48,445 nucleotides of DNA from an uncultured Chromatiaceae bacterium (GTDB lineage: Bacteria > Pseudomonadota > Gammaproteobacteria > Chromatiales > Chromatiaceae). Each line of letters begins with the position of its first letter. Position 1 is the first letter of the stretch. The notes under the pieces were generated by a model. That model saw nothing but the letters and a program-made list of their open reading frames with translations. It searched no databases and was not told the origin of the DNA. The position numbers and the translations under genes are program-made. Shown here piece after piece: positions 35,764 through 45,445 of the stretch. The stretch covers positions 1 through 48,445 of the forward strand of contig CBFCWF010000001.1 in NCBI GenBank assembly GCA_965601425.1, written 5' to 3'.

Positions 35764-37173
35764 ATGAAGACGCCCTTAATCGAATCCGAAACCGTGTTCG
35801 ACGCATTTGACCGTTCAGCCATGGAGGCACTTCTCGAGGCGGCTGCCGACATCTCGCTGGTGGTCGACCGCGACGGCCTGATCGAGGATCTCGCGTTCGG
35901 CAGTGACGAACTGCGCGATGAGCTCGACGAGCAGTGGCGCGGGCGCCGCTGGAGCGACACGATCGCCGATGAGAGCCGCGATAAGCTGCAGGAGTTGTTG
36001 CAGGTCGCCGCCGTACCGGGCCGTGGCCGTGTCCAGCATGATCTCCATCACCGCCTCGCCGATGGCTCCGAGCTGCCCGTGCGTTACTGTGCTGTCGCGC
36101 TCGAGGACGGCGGCCGGCTGGCCGCGGTGGGTCGCGACCTACGTGCGGTGGCGGCGCTTCAGCAGCAAGTGCTGAATGCCCAGCTCGCGCTGGAACGGGA
36201 CTACTGGCGCCTGCGCCAGGTCGAGACGCGCTATCGCCTGCTGTTCCAGATGGTGGGCGATCCGGTGCTGATTGTCGACGAGGCGACCCATAAGGTGCTC
36301 GAGGCCAACCCGGTGGCGGACAAGCTGCTCGGCGGCGGGCGCCGTTCGATCGTCGGCAAGGACTTCCCGGTCGGGTTCGATGCGGCCGGGAGCGAGGTGC
36401 TGCGCGGTCTGCTCGCCGAGGCAGCCGCAGTGGGTCGCGCCCATGCCGAGGGCATCCGCTCGCTGGATGCCTCGCAGGTGTTCTCGATCGCGGCCAATTT
36501 GCTGCGCCAGGACAATGAGGCGCGGCTCCTGTTGCGCCTGTCGAACATGCGCCCGGCGGTCGAGTTCGACGAGGCGGGCGCGCGGCTCGGCGCGTTGTTG
36601 CGGCAAGCCCCGGACGCGGTGGTGCTGACCGACGCGAACGGACAGGTCAAGGCGGCCAATCAGACCTTCCTCGACCTTGCCGAACTGGCCTCCGAGGAAC
36701 AGGCGATCGGGCGCTCGATCGACCGTTGGCTGGGACGCACCGGGGTCGACCTGAACGTGCTGCTGACCAACCTGAGGCAACGTGCCCCGGTCAGGCTGTT
36801 CGCAACGACACTGCGCGGTGAGTACGGCACGACGACCGACGTCGAGATATCGGCGAACCTGCACGGGCAGCCCGATGAGCCGTTGCTGGTTTTCTTCATG
36901 CGCGACATCGGCCGGCGCATCGTCGCCGAGGATTCGATGGCCGTGCGCCTGCCGAAATCGGTGGAGCAGATCACCCAGCAGGTCGGACGGGTGCCGCTCA
37001 AGGAATTGGTGCGTCAATCCACTGATCTGGTCGAGAAGCTGTGCATCGAGGCGGCATTGGACCTCACCGGCGGGAACCGTGCGTCGGCGGCCGAGGTGCT
37101 CGGTGTCAGCCGGCAGGGGCTTTACGCCAAACTGCACCGCTACAAGCTCGGTGACAAGGTCGCAAAAGACTAG
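35764..37173 (+). CDS. ppsR: Transcriptional regulator PpsR/CrtJ (PpsR1-like, Cys in HTH region)
   Basis: N-PAS domain, Q-linker (AQLALERDYWRLRQVETRYRLLF), two PAS domains, Fis-type HTH EKLCIEAALDLTGGNRASAAEVLGVSRQGLYAKL. Confidence 0.95.
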   Translation: MKTPLIESETVFDAFDRSAMEALLEAAADISLVVDRDGLIEDLAFGSDELRDELDEQWRGRRWSDTIADESRDKLQELLQVAAVPGRGRVQHDLHHRLADGSELPVRYCAVALEDGGRLAAVGRDLRAVAALQQQVLNAQLALERDYWRLRQVETRYRLLFQMVGDPVLIVDEATHKVLEANPVADKLLGGGRRSIVGKDFPVGFDAAGSEVLRGLLAEAAAVGRAHAEGIRSLDASQVFSIAANLLRQDNEARLLLRLSNMRPAVEFDEAGARLGALLRQAPDAVVLTDANGQVKAANQTFLDLAELASEEQAIGRSIDRWLGRTGVDLNVLLTNLRQRAPVRLFATTLRGEYGTTTDVEISANLHGQPDEPLLVFFMRDIGRRIVAEDSMAVRLPKSVEQITQQVGRVPLKELVRQSTDLVEKLCIEAALDLTGGNRASAAEVLGVSRQGLYAKLHRYKLGDKVAKD

Positions 37174-37273
37174 CCGTCTCAAGCCGGCGCGGCCTTGGTC
37201 GCGTGCCGTCCCCCTCTGACAACGCGCGGACCCCGCCTGTGCACCGACGCCGCGCGCGATGTGTCGGCCTGGT

Positions 37274-37317
37274 TGTCAATAAACATTGACAACTAAAAAT
37301 GACAAATCTACATTACA
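37274..37317 (+). promoter_or_regulatory. bchG promoter with tandem PpsR operators
   Basis: TGTcaataaacattgACA (37274-37291) and TGAcaaatctacattACA (37300-37317), 8 bp apart; TTGACA-17-TACATT. Confidence 0.87.
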
Positions 37318-37320
37318 TTC

Positions 37321-38238
37321 ATGCAACGCATGATCCTGTTCAGAGATTCCGTCACCCGGCCGCAGCCCGCCGCGCTGCTCGAGCTATTGAAGCCGGTCAC
37401 CTGGTTTCCACCCATGTGGGCCTTCATCTGCGGGGTCGTTTCGTCCGGCGAGCCCGCGTTGGCACAGCTGGGCGTCGTGCTGCTTGGCATCGTATTGGCC
37501 GGCCCGCTGGTCTGCGGCTCCAGTCAGATCGTCAATGACTGGTTCGACCGGCATGTCGACGCGATCAACGAACCGCAACGACCGATCCCGTCCGGACGGG
37601 TGCCGGGGGCCTGGGGGCTGTACTTCGCGATCGGCTGGTCCGCGTTGTCGCTCTGGGTCGGTTACCTGCTCGGGCCATGGGTGTTCGCGGCGACGCTGAT
37701 CGGGATGTTCCTCGCCTGGGCCTACAGCGCGCCCCCGCTGCGGCTCAAGAGCAATGGCTGGTGGGGCAACACCGCCGTTGGCCTCTCTTACGAGGGCCTG
37801 GCCTGGGTCACCGGGGCCGCAGTGCTGGCAGGCGGTGCGATGCCGGACCCGCGCATCCTGACGCTGGCGCTGCTCTATAGCCTGGGCGCGCACGGCATCA
37901 TGACGCTGAACGATTTCAAGTCCATCGAGGGTGACCGTCGGATGGGGATTCGGTCCATTCCGGCACAGCTCGGCGCCGCCCGCGCGGCGCGCCTGGCCTG
38001 TTGGACCATGGCCGTGCCGCAGCTCCTGGTGATCGGCCTGCTGTTCCACTGGGACCGCCCCGTCCACGCGCTGGTTGTGGTCGGCCTGCTACTCGCGCAG
38101 CTGCTCGCGATGCATCGTCTGTTGCGCGACCCGCGGCGCTTCGCCCCCTGGTACAACGCGACCGGGGTCACCCTGTATGTGCTGGGCATGCTGGCCAGCG
38201 CGCTCGCCGTGCGCGCGGTCGTCGGCGGTGTGCTTTGA
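37321..38238 (+). CDS. bchG: Bacteriochlorophyll synthase
   Basis: LLKPVTWFPPMWAF, NDWFDRHVDAINEPQRPIPSGR, AHGIMTLNDFKSIEGD, WYNATGV. Confidence 0.97.
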   Translation: MQRMILFRDSVTRPQPAALLELLKPVTWFPPMWAFICGVVSSGEPALAQLGVVLLGIVLAGPLVCGSSQIVNDWFDRHVDAINEPQRPIPSGRVPGAWGLYFAIGWSALSLWVGYLLGPWVFAATLIGMFLAWAYSAPPLRLKSNGWWGNTAVGLSYEGLAWVTGAAVLAGGAMPDPRILTLALLYSLGAHGIMTLNDFKSIEGDRRMGIRSIPAQLGAARAARLACWTMAVPQLLVIGLLFHWDRPVHALVVVGLLLAQLLAMHRLLRDPRRFAPWYNATGVTLYVLGMLASALAVRAVVGGVL

Positions 38239-39590
38239 TGTCCGCCGGCTCGCTCGGGTGGCTCGGCATTATTCGACTCGGCCTGGTGCAGGCGGCGCTG
38301 GGTGCGATCGTTGTGTTGACCACTTCGACGATGAATCGCGTGATGGTGGTGGAGTTCGCGCTGCCGGCGATGCTGCCCGGTGCGCTGGTCGCACTGCATC
38401 ACGCAATCCAGATGATTCGTCCACGCTTCGGTTACGGGTCGGACGTCGGCGGTCGGCGCACTCCCTGGATTATTGGTGGCATGCTGGTATTGGCGCTCGG
38501 TGGCATCGTTGCAGCAATCGGCACCGCGCTGATGGGTCTGGACCCGGCCTGGGCAAGCCTGGTCGCGCTGCTCGGTTTCGTGCTGATCGGCCTCGGTGTC
38601 GGTGCCTGCGGCACGTCGTTGCTGGTGCTGCTGGCGAAACGCGTCGAGCCCGGCCGGCGTGCCGCCGCTGCGACCATCGTCTGGGTCATGATGATCGTCG
38701 GCTTCGCGGTCACGGCGGGCATCGCCGGCCATTTCCTGGATCCCTTCTCGCCGCAACGGCTGGTCATGGTCACCGCGGCCGTCGCGTTGTTCGCCGTGGC
38801 GCTTACGCTGGTTGCGATACGTAACCTCGAGGGGCATGCGACATCGTCGCTGACTTCTGCGCCGGCGCATAGCCAGCCCGTGGCGTTTCGCCGTGCGCTG
38901 GGGGAGGTCTGGCAGGAACCCGAGGCACGACGGTTCACTGTGTTCGTGTTCGTCTCGATGCTCGCCTACAGCGCCCAGGACCTGATTCTCGAGCCCTTTG
39001 CCGGCCTGGTGTTCGGCATGACACCGGGCGAGTCGACCAAGCTGTCGGGTGTGCAGCATGCCGGTGTCTTGCTCGGCATGATCGCGGTTGCGCTGACCGG
39101 CACGCTGTTGAAACGGACCGGGCGCAACCTGCTGCGGGTCTGGACCATCGGTGGTTGTATTGCGTCAGCGCTGGCCCTGCTCGGTATCGCGTTCGGTGGC
39201 TTTATGGCGCCGCAGTGGCCGTTGCAGGCGACGGTTTTCGCGCTCGGTGTCGCGAACGGCGCATTCGCGGTGGCCGCAATCGGCTCGATGATGGCACTGG
39301 CCGGGCATGGCCGCGAGCAGCGTGAGGGGCTACGCATGGGACTGTGGGGCGCAGCGCAGGCGATCGCATTCGGTCTCGGTGGGTTCCTCGGCACGGTCGC
39401 GGTCGACCTGGCGAAGCGCTTCTACGCGGCGCCCGAGATAGCCTATGCGATCGTGTTCAGTGCGGAGGCAGCGATGTTCCTGCTTGCCGCAATGCTTGCG
39501 GTGAAGGTGCGACAGCCACAGCCGGCGAGCCGCAACGGCATGCCGGCGTTCGGCGACGCGAGCCTGGTGGAACTGGCCGAGGGGAGGTAA
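38238..39590 (+). CDS. pucC: PucC/Bch2 family (BCD) MFS protein
   Basis: IIRLGLVQAALGAIVVLTTSTMNRVM, GGRRTPWIIGG, QDLILEPF, MGLWGAAQA; between bchG and bchP. Confidence 0.9.
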   Translation: MSAGSLGWLGIIRLGLVQAALGAIVVLTTSTMNRVMVVEFALPAMLPGALVALHHAIQMIRPRFGYGSDVGGRRTPWIIGGMLVLALGGIVAAIGTALMGLDPAWASLVALLGFVLIGLGVGACGTSLLVLLAKRVEPGRRAAAATIVWVMMIVGFAVTAGIAGHFLDPFSPQRLVMVTAAVALFAVALTLVAIRNLEGHATSSLTSAPAHSQPVAFRRALGEVWQEPEARRFTVFVFVSMLAYSAQDLILEPFAGLVFGMTPGESTKLSGVQHAGVLLGMIAVALTGTLLKRTGRNLLRVWTIGGCIASALALLGIAFGGFMAPQWPLQATVFALGVANGAFAVAAIGSMMALAGHGREQREGLRMGLWGAAQAIAFGLGGFLGTVAVDLAKRFYAAPEIAYAIVFSAEAAMFLLAAMLAVKVRQPQPASRNGMPAFGDASLVELAEGR

Positions 39591-39596
39591 GCAAAC

Positions 39597-40799
39597 ATGG
39601 CCGAGAACGAACGCTTTGATGCCGTGGTGGTCGGCGGCGGCCCGGCCGGTGCGACGGCGGCGACGGATCTTGCACGTCGTGGCTACCGGGTGATGCTGCT
39701 CGAGCGCGGCGGGAGGATCAAGCCATGCGGCGGGGCGATCCCGCCGCGGCTGATCGAGGAGTTCGCGATACCGCCCCAGTTGCTGGTCGCGCGTATCCGA
39801 TCCGCGCGCATGGTCTCGCCGGCCGGTCGCTGCGTCGATATGCCGATCAATGGTGGGTTCGTCGGGATGGTCGACCGCGATGCGTTCGATCCCTGGCTGC
39901 GCGATCGGGCCCGATCCGCTGGCGCCGAGGTGCGCACCGGGACCTTCGAGCAGTTGCAGGACGGCACCGACGGCGGGGTTACCGTCAGCTATCGGCATAG
40001 CGATGGCCGGGGCCGCAAGGTGCGAAGCCGGGTCCATGCCGCCGCGGTAATCGGGGCCGATGGCGCACGGTCGGCGGTGGCACGCCAACGGGTGCCGGGA
40101 GCGGGTCAGACCCGCTACGTCACTGCCTACCACGAGATCGTCGAGTCACCCCGAACGACCGACGCCGCCGATTTCGAACCCGGCCGCTGTGACGTCTGGT
40201 ACCAGGGCCGGCTGTCGCCGGATTTTTATGCCTGGGTTTTTCCGCATGGTGACAAGACCAGCATCGGTGTCGGTACCGCCCGGCGTGGATTCTCGTTGCG
40301 CGGTGCGGTCGCAGAGTTGCGTCGTAGCGTCGGCATGCACGGCTCGTCGACGATCCGCTGCGAGGGGGCGCCGATCCCGTTGCGTCCCCTCAAACGTTGG
40401 GACGACGGGCGCAATGTCGTGCTGGCCGGAGATGCCGCCGGCGTCGTCGCCCCGGCCTCGGGTGAGGGCATCTACTATGCGATGACGGGCGGCCGGCTGG
40501 CGGCCTCGGCGGTCGCCGCGTTTCTGACCAGCGGCGAGCCTGCCGCTCTCGGCACTGCGCGTCGACAGTTCATGCGCCAGCATGGCAGGGTGTTTTGGAT
40601 ACTCCGCATAATGGAGCGGTTCTGGTACGCGAGCGACCGCCGCCGCGAGCGCTTCGTCAGTATGTGCCGCGATCCGGATGTGCAGTACCTGACCTGGGAG
40701 GCCTATATGCACAAGCGCCTCGTTCGGGCCCGGCCGGCGGCACATATGCGTATTTTCTTCAAGGACCTCGCACATCTGTTTGGCGTCGTCCGGCCGTGA
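39597..40799 (+). CDS. bchP: Geranylgeranyl reductase
   Basis: VVGGGPAGA, KPCGGAIP, SPDFYAWVFPHG, GDAAGVVAPASGEGIYYA. Confidence 0.97.
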   Translation: MAENERFDAVVVGGGPAGATAATDLARRGYRVMLLERGGRIKPCGGAIPPRLIEEFAIPPQLLVARIRSARMVSPAGRCVDMPINGGFVGMVDRDAFDPWLRDRARSAGAEVRTGTFEQLQDGTDGGVTVSYRHSDGRGRKVRSRVHAAAVIGADGARSAVARQRVPGAGQTRYVTAYHEIVESPRTTDAADFEPGRCDVWYQGRLSPDFYAWVFPHGDKTSIGVGTARRGFSLRGAVAELRRSVGMHGSSTIRCEGAPIPLRPLKRWDDGRNVVLAGDAAGVVAPASGEGIYYAMTGGRLAASAVAAFLTSGEPAALGTARRQFMRQHGRVFWILRIMERFWYASDRRRERFVSMCRDPDVQYLTWEAYMHKRLVRARPAAHMRIFFKDLAHLFGVVRP

Positions 40800-40991
40800 C
40801 GCCCGCCAGCGCAGGGAGCCTCTGCGGCGTTCGGGACGGTTGCGCGCGCTATCCAATCGACGGCTGAACGTGTATTTTACAAGGTTTGGCAGACCCCCCA
40901 GGGCAGTGACCTGCTCGCGCCGGCCCACCGGGCCCGAGCGACTACCCGGGTACAGGGGGTCGCGCCGGCGAGACCGCGAAACGGTGCTGCT

Positions 40992-42353
40992 GTGACAGTC
41001 GAAGGTGCGATGCAACCGGATGTGAAAGTCCTACTCGATCCCGGGGGGATGATCCGCCATGCAACGCTGGCGAACACAGTGGCCGACGAGCCGGTCGAAG
41101 GCTGGGTCGGTCAGCGCTGGGCGGAGACCGTCGTCGGCATCGACGATGCGCGTTTGTCCGGTCTGGTCGAAACTGCGCTGTCGCAGGGTGTTTCCCCGTT
41201 CTTTCGTCTGACGCAGCGTTTCCCGAGCGGCATCACCGTGCCGATCGAGTACATGGCCGTGCGCCTCAAGGGCGGCAACCTGTTGGCGATCGGCAGGGAC
41301 GTGCGGGCGGTTGCACAGTTGCAGTCGCGTCTTGCCGCCGCGCAGCATGCGATGGAGCGCAACTATTGGCAATTGCGGGAGGCCGAGAACCGCTACCGCC
41401 TGCTGTTCGAGACCTCCAGTGATGCGCTGGCGGTGGTGCGTGCGAGCGATCTCTCTATCACCGAGGCCAATCCGGCGGCCATCACCGCGCTTGGGCTGGC
41501 GGCGGGGCAGCCGACCGAGATCGGCGGCCAGCGCTTCCTGGCGCTGGCCCGACCCTCGGAACGCCAGATGCTGGAAATGACATTCGGCCGCGCGACCGAG
41601 CACGGCAAGGCACCCCGCGTGGTCGCCCATCTCGGGCCGGCGATGCAGGCATGGGTCCTGTACGTGTCGCTGCTCGACGTCGACCAGGCGGAGTTCTTGC
41701 TCGTCCATTTGCTTCCGGCCGACGAGGGTCGCACCACGTCCTCCGGTGGTTTCGCCCCCCCGCTGTCGGCTGATCACCTGCTGGGGCTCGCCCCGGATGG
41801 CTTCGTTGCGCTGGACGATCAGGGCTACGTCAGCGGCGCGAATCCGGCCTTCTTGGAGCTTGTCCAGGAGGGTGCCGTGGCGTCGGTGATCGGCAGGTCG
41901 ATCGCCGACTGGTTGCGGCCCCCCGGCGGCGACGTCGATTTGTTGTTGGAGGGGCTGCGCCGCAACCGCACGGTGAGGCTGTTCCCAAGCACACTCTATG
42001 GCAGCCTGGGCGGCCGCATGACCGTGGAGGTGTCGGCGGTGGCTAGCGACCTGTCGCAGCCGTCCGTGATCCTGGTCTGCGTGCGCGACGTCAGCCGCCG
42101 CTTGGACGGGAGCGAGACCTATGCGCCGCTCGTCCAGGCCCTGGGTTCGATGGCTGAGCAGCTTGGCATCACTACGCTGAAGGAGTTGGTCGGTATCACC
42201 GTCGGCCTGGTCGAGCAGCACTATATCGAGGCGGCCTTGGCGACGGCCGACGGCAATCGCACCGCGGCGGCCAAGATCCTCGGGCTGAGCCGGCAGGGAC
42301 TCTACATCAAGCTGGCGCGCTATGGCATCAACGAAGGTGGTGATGGGCGCTAA
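40992..42353 (+). CDS. ppsR2: Second PpsR paralog (PpsR2-like, no Cys in HTH region)
   Basis: QRFPSG, AQHAMERNYWQLREAENRYRLLF Q-linker, PAS domains, HTH VEQHYIEAAL...GNRTAAAKILGLSRQGLY; directly upstream of the bacteriophytochrome. Start is 40992 (GTG) or 41010 (ATG). Confidence 0.9.
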   Translation: MTVEGAMQPDVKVLLDPGGMIRHATLANTVADEPVEGWVGQRWAETVVGIDDARLSGLVETALSQGVSPFFRLTQRFPSGITVPIEYMAVRLKGGNLLAIGRDVRAVAQLQSRLAAAQHAMERNYWQLREAENRYRLLFETSSDALAVVRASDLSITEANPAAITALGLAAGQPTEIGGQRFLALARPSERQMLEMTFGRATEHGKAPRVVAHLGPAMQAWVLYVSLLDVDQAEFLLVHLLPADEGRTTSSGGFAPPLSADHLLGLAPDGFVALDDQGYVSGANPAFLELVQEGAVASVIGRSIADWLRPPGGDVDLLLEGLRRNRTVRLFPSTLYGSLGGRMTVEVSAVASDLSQPSVILVCVRDVSRRLDGSETYAPLVQALGSMAEQLGITTLKELVGITVGLVEQHYIEAALATADGNRTAAAKILGLSRQGLYIKLARYGINEGGDGR

Positions 42354-42388
42354 TCGTGGCGCTGCGGCGCCCAGCGAGGGTGACTGAG

Positions 42389-44542
42389 ATGGCCGGTGCG
42401 CAGCAGCGACCGCCGGCGTTCGGTGCCGCCGATCTCTCGAACTGCGAACTCGAGCAGATCCATCTGCCCGGCTCGATCCAGCCGCATGGCGCGCTGATTG
42501 TGCTAAGCGGCACCGATCTCACGATCAGCCGCCTCAGCGCGAACCTGGATCAGTACCTGAACCTCGCGCAGGATCCCCTGGGTAGATCGCTGGCTGATCT
42601 GGACGTCCACCTCGCCGGCACGGTGCAGGCACTGCTCGACGAGGGGACGGCGGGTTCCGTTCCCAGGTCACTGCGGTGCCAGGGCGCGGGCCGAATCGGT
42701 GACCTCGACGTCTCGCTGCATCGCCTCGCTGAGGGCGAGGTGATCGTAGAGCTCGAACCGGCGTCCGTGACGCAGGATCACGCGGCCTTTGTCGAGCGTG
42801 CGTTGCAGGAAATCCTGGCATCGCTGACCTTGGGCGAGCTGTGTGACGATACCGCACGCCTGTTCAAGGAGCTGACCGGCTATGACCGCGTGATGGTCTA
42901 TCGCTTCGATCAGGATGGCCACGGCGAGGTGTTCTCGGAACGCTGTGAGTCCGGGCTCGAGCCCTTCCTCGGCAACCGCTATCCGGCTTCCGATATCCCG
43001 CAGATCGCGCGTCGGCTCTATGAACGCAACCGCATCCGTGTGCTGGTCGACATCGATTACCGGCCCGTGCCGCTGCGACCCGCGTCGGCCGGTGGTCGCG
43101 ATCTGGACATGTCGCTGTGTTCGCTGCGCAGCGTGTCGCCGATTCATGTGCAGTACCTCAAGAACATGGGGGTCAGCGCGACGCTGGTCGTCTCGCTGAT
43201 GGCCGGCGGCAGGCTCTGGGGACTGGTCTCGTGTCACCACTACCGGCCGCGCAACCCACACTACGGGGTCAGGGCGGCGTGCGAGCTGATCGCAGAGATG
43301 GTGGCGACTCGGATCGCCGCGTTGGAGAGCTTCGCGAGGACCGAGGTGGAGCTGTCGGTGCAGCGGATCGAAAAGCGCATCATCGAGGCGATCGCCCGTG
43401 ACGGCGACTGGAAACCGGCGTTGTTCGACAATCCACAGCTGCTGTTGCAGCCACTGGCGGCGGGCGGCGCGGCGCTGTCGTTCGAGGGCCAGATCATCTC
43501 GACCGGCGAGGTCCCGGGTACACAGCAGATTCGGGCCATCGTGCAGTGGTTGGATGGTCACGCGGCAGGACGGCTGTTCGAGACCGCCGCGCTCGGTGCG
43601 GAAGTCGGCGAGTTTGCGTCATTGAAGCCGGTGGCCAGCGGGTTGATTGCGATCCCGATCTCGCGTTCTCCCGGCGAATATCTGCTCTGGTTCCGTCCCG
43701 AGCGCGTGAGGACCGTGACCTGGGGGGGCAACCCGTTCAAGCCGGTCGAGATCGGCAACGATCCGCGTGACCTGTCACCGCGCCGCTCGTTCGCCCAGTG
43801 GCATCAGCTGGTAGAGGGCTCTGCGGACCATTGGACCGCGACCCATGTCGCGGCGGCGAAGAAGATCGCGGAGTCGATCGAGGATGTCGTCTACCAGTTT
43901 CGCGCGGTGCGCATGCTGATTGCGGAGGACCAGCTCGCCCAGGTGAAACGCGAAGTGCGGGAGGCGCAGCAGCCGTTGCTGGTCGCAGACGCATCGGGCG
44001 CGCTGCTGATGGTCAACGATGCGTTCTACCAGCTGATCCCCGACGGTCAAGGCCAGCTCCTGTCGCTGGCCGATCTGCCGGTGGTGTTCCGCGATCCGCG
44101 CAAGGTACGTGAACTCCTGCAGGTCATGCTGCGCGATCAGCAGCCCTGGCGCGGCGAGCTGGAGATCATGTCGCGCGAGGGAGAACTCAGGAGCCTGATG
44201 CTGCGAGCCGACCCGGTGTTTGCCGAGGTCAACCGTGCCCTGGGTTTCGTACTGTTCTTCGCCGACGTAACGGATCGGAAGATCGGCGAGGCGGCGCGCC
44301 GCCGTTTTCAGGAGGACATCGTCTGTGCCCATCGCGAAAACGGACCACACCTGGAAACCAAGACCGATCTGCTGTACCGGAAACTGTTGGCCTCAGTGGT
44401 CAGCAACGCCAAACTTGCTGCGCTCGAGATCAGTGACGGTATGGAGCTCGAGAAGGTGCCAGGTATGCTTGCGGCGGTGTCCGACTCGGTCGCACGCACC
44501 CGCAATCTGCTGCGCCATCTGTTGAGCCGTCAATCCGACTGA
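42389..44542 (+). CDS. bphP: BphP1-type bacteriophytochrome (PAS-GAF-PHY-PAS-helical output, no histidine kinase)
   Basis: AFGAADLSNCELEQIHLPGSIQPHG (biliverdin-binding Cys), GYDRVMVYRF, YPASDIPQIAR, LRSVSPIHVQYLKNM, tongue PRRSF; C-terminal PAS plus helical domain (NAKLAALEI) without H-box or ATP lid. Confidence 0.93.
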   Translation: MAGAQQRPPAFGAADLSNCELEQIHLPGSIQPHGALIVLSGTDLTISRLSANLDQYLNLAQDPLGRSLADLDVHLAGTVQALLDEGTAGSVPRSLRCQGAGRIGDLDVSLHRLAEGEVIVELEPASVTQDHAAFVERALQEILASLTLGELCDDTARLFKELTGYDRVMVYRFDQDGHGEVFSERCESGLEPFLGNRYPASDIPQIARRLYERNRIRVLVDIDYRPVPLRPASAGGRDLDMSLCSLRSVSPIHVQYLKNMGVSATLVVSLMAGGRLWGLVSCHHYRPRNPHYGVRAACELIAEMVATRIAALESFARTEVELSVQRIEKRIIEAIARDGDWKPALFDNPQLLLQPLAAGGAALSFEGQIISTGEVPGTQQIRAIVQWLDGHAAGRLFETAALGAEVGEFASLKPVASGLIAIPISRSPGEYLLWFRPERVRTVTWGGNPFKPVEIGNDPRDLSPRRSFAQWHQLVEGSADHWTATHVAAAKKIAESIEDVVYQFRAVRMLIAEDQLAQVKREVREAQQPLLVADASGALLMVNDAFYQLIPDGQGQLLSLADLPVVFRDPRKVRELLQVMLRDQQPWRGELEIMSREGELRSLMLRADPVFAEVNRALGFVLFFADVTDRKIGEAARRRFQEDIVCAHRENGPHLETKTDLLYRKLLASVVSNAKLAALEISDGMELEKVPGMLAAVSDSVARTRNLLRHLLSRQSD

Positions 44543-45249
44543 TCGGCGACCGACGCGTTTGGGGTGGGGGCCAGTACGTCCTCGGCCAGCGCGATGTTGA
44601 GCTCGAATGCCCGACGCGCCGCCTCGAGCACCCGCGCAGTGTCAGCGGCCGCAACGCCGGCATCGATCGCCCGGCGGACCGCCGACTGCAGGCCGGCGAT
44701 GTCGGTCGACGTGGAGAAACGAAAGAACGTCAGGCAATCCGGCGTCAGCGCCAAAGACTGCGCCAGCAGGCGTTGCAGCAGCCGACCGCCATTCAGGTCG
44801 CCGAGGTAACGGGCGTAAGCATGCGCCACGAGCGTCGGCCCGTCGGCCTGTGCAACGCTTTGCTCATACGCTTCGCCCGCCGGTACCCGGGGCAGGGTAC
44901 GCGGCCAGTCGTGTCCCGCGATGCGATCGAGGTCGTGCGCGAGCGCCTGGCTGCGACACAGCGCCGGGTCGGCCAACGCCCCCAGCGCCGGATCTGAGCG
45001 CCATGCCGCCAGGCGCCGTTCGAGGCGCGTGTACACCGGCTGCAGGTTTCTCAGGTACAGACTGTAAGCGCTGCGGGATACGGTGCCCCTTACGATGTCA
45101 CCGACGATGCCGGCGCGTTCCGCGCGCCGATGACAGTCACGCGTGTGCTGCCTGAGTTGTTCGGATAAGCCCGGCGTTGCGGTCCGTGGCGCTACCCGGT
45201 GGTCGGATCGGCGCCCGGTCGTGACGGGTTTTTGTCGCTGCGACGCCAT
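44530..45249 (-). CDS. bphO: Biliverdin-producing heme oxygenase
   Basis: LRQHTRDCHRRAE (proximal His), YTRLE, AHAYARYLGDLNGG distal helix, AFELN; convergent with bphP. Start is probably ATG 45249. Confidence 0.9.
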   Translation of the reverse strand: MASQRQKPVTTGRRSDHRVAPRTATPGLSEQLRQHTRDCHRRAERAGIVGDIVRGTVSRSAYSLYLRNLQPVYTRLERRLAAWRSDPALGALADPALCRSQALAHDLDRIAGHDWPRTLPRVPAGEAYEQSVAQADGPTLVAHAYARYLGDLNGGRLLQRLLAQSLALTPDCLTFFRFSTSTDIAGLQSAVRRAIDAGVAAADTARVLEAARRAFELNIALAEDVLAPTPNASVADQSD

Positions 45250-45445
45250 GCGAATCGGGCCTGAAGCTCGGGCCCCGGGCGAGCCCCGCGGCGTAGCGTA
45301 CACGATAGCCGAAGCCGGGACGGGCCGCCAGCGGCCGCCCCAGCCATCGGCGTGAAGCCGATCCCCGCTGCGTCGCATCGGCTCGGTTGCCGTGGCCGGG
45401 GGTTTGCCCCGCCGGGAGGGCCGACCGGCCGCGCGTTCCCGAGGC

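Noticed and set aside
40800-40991. TGTATTTTACA (40871-40881) upstream of ppsR2 as a PpsR or FNR site
   Set aside because: Spacing fits neither TGT-N12-ACA nor TTGAT-N4-ATCAA; no convincing FNR box was seen in the intergenic regions examined.
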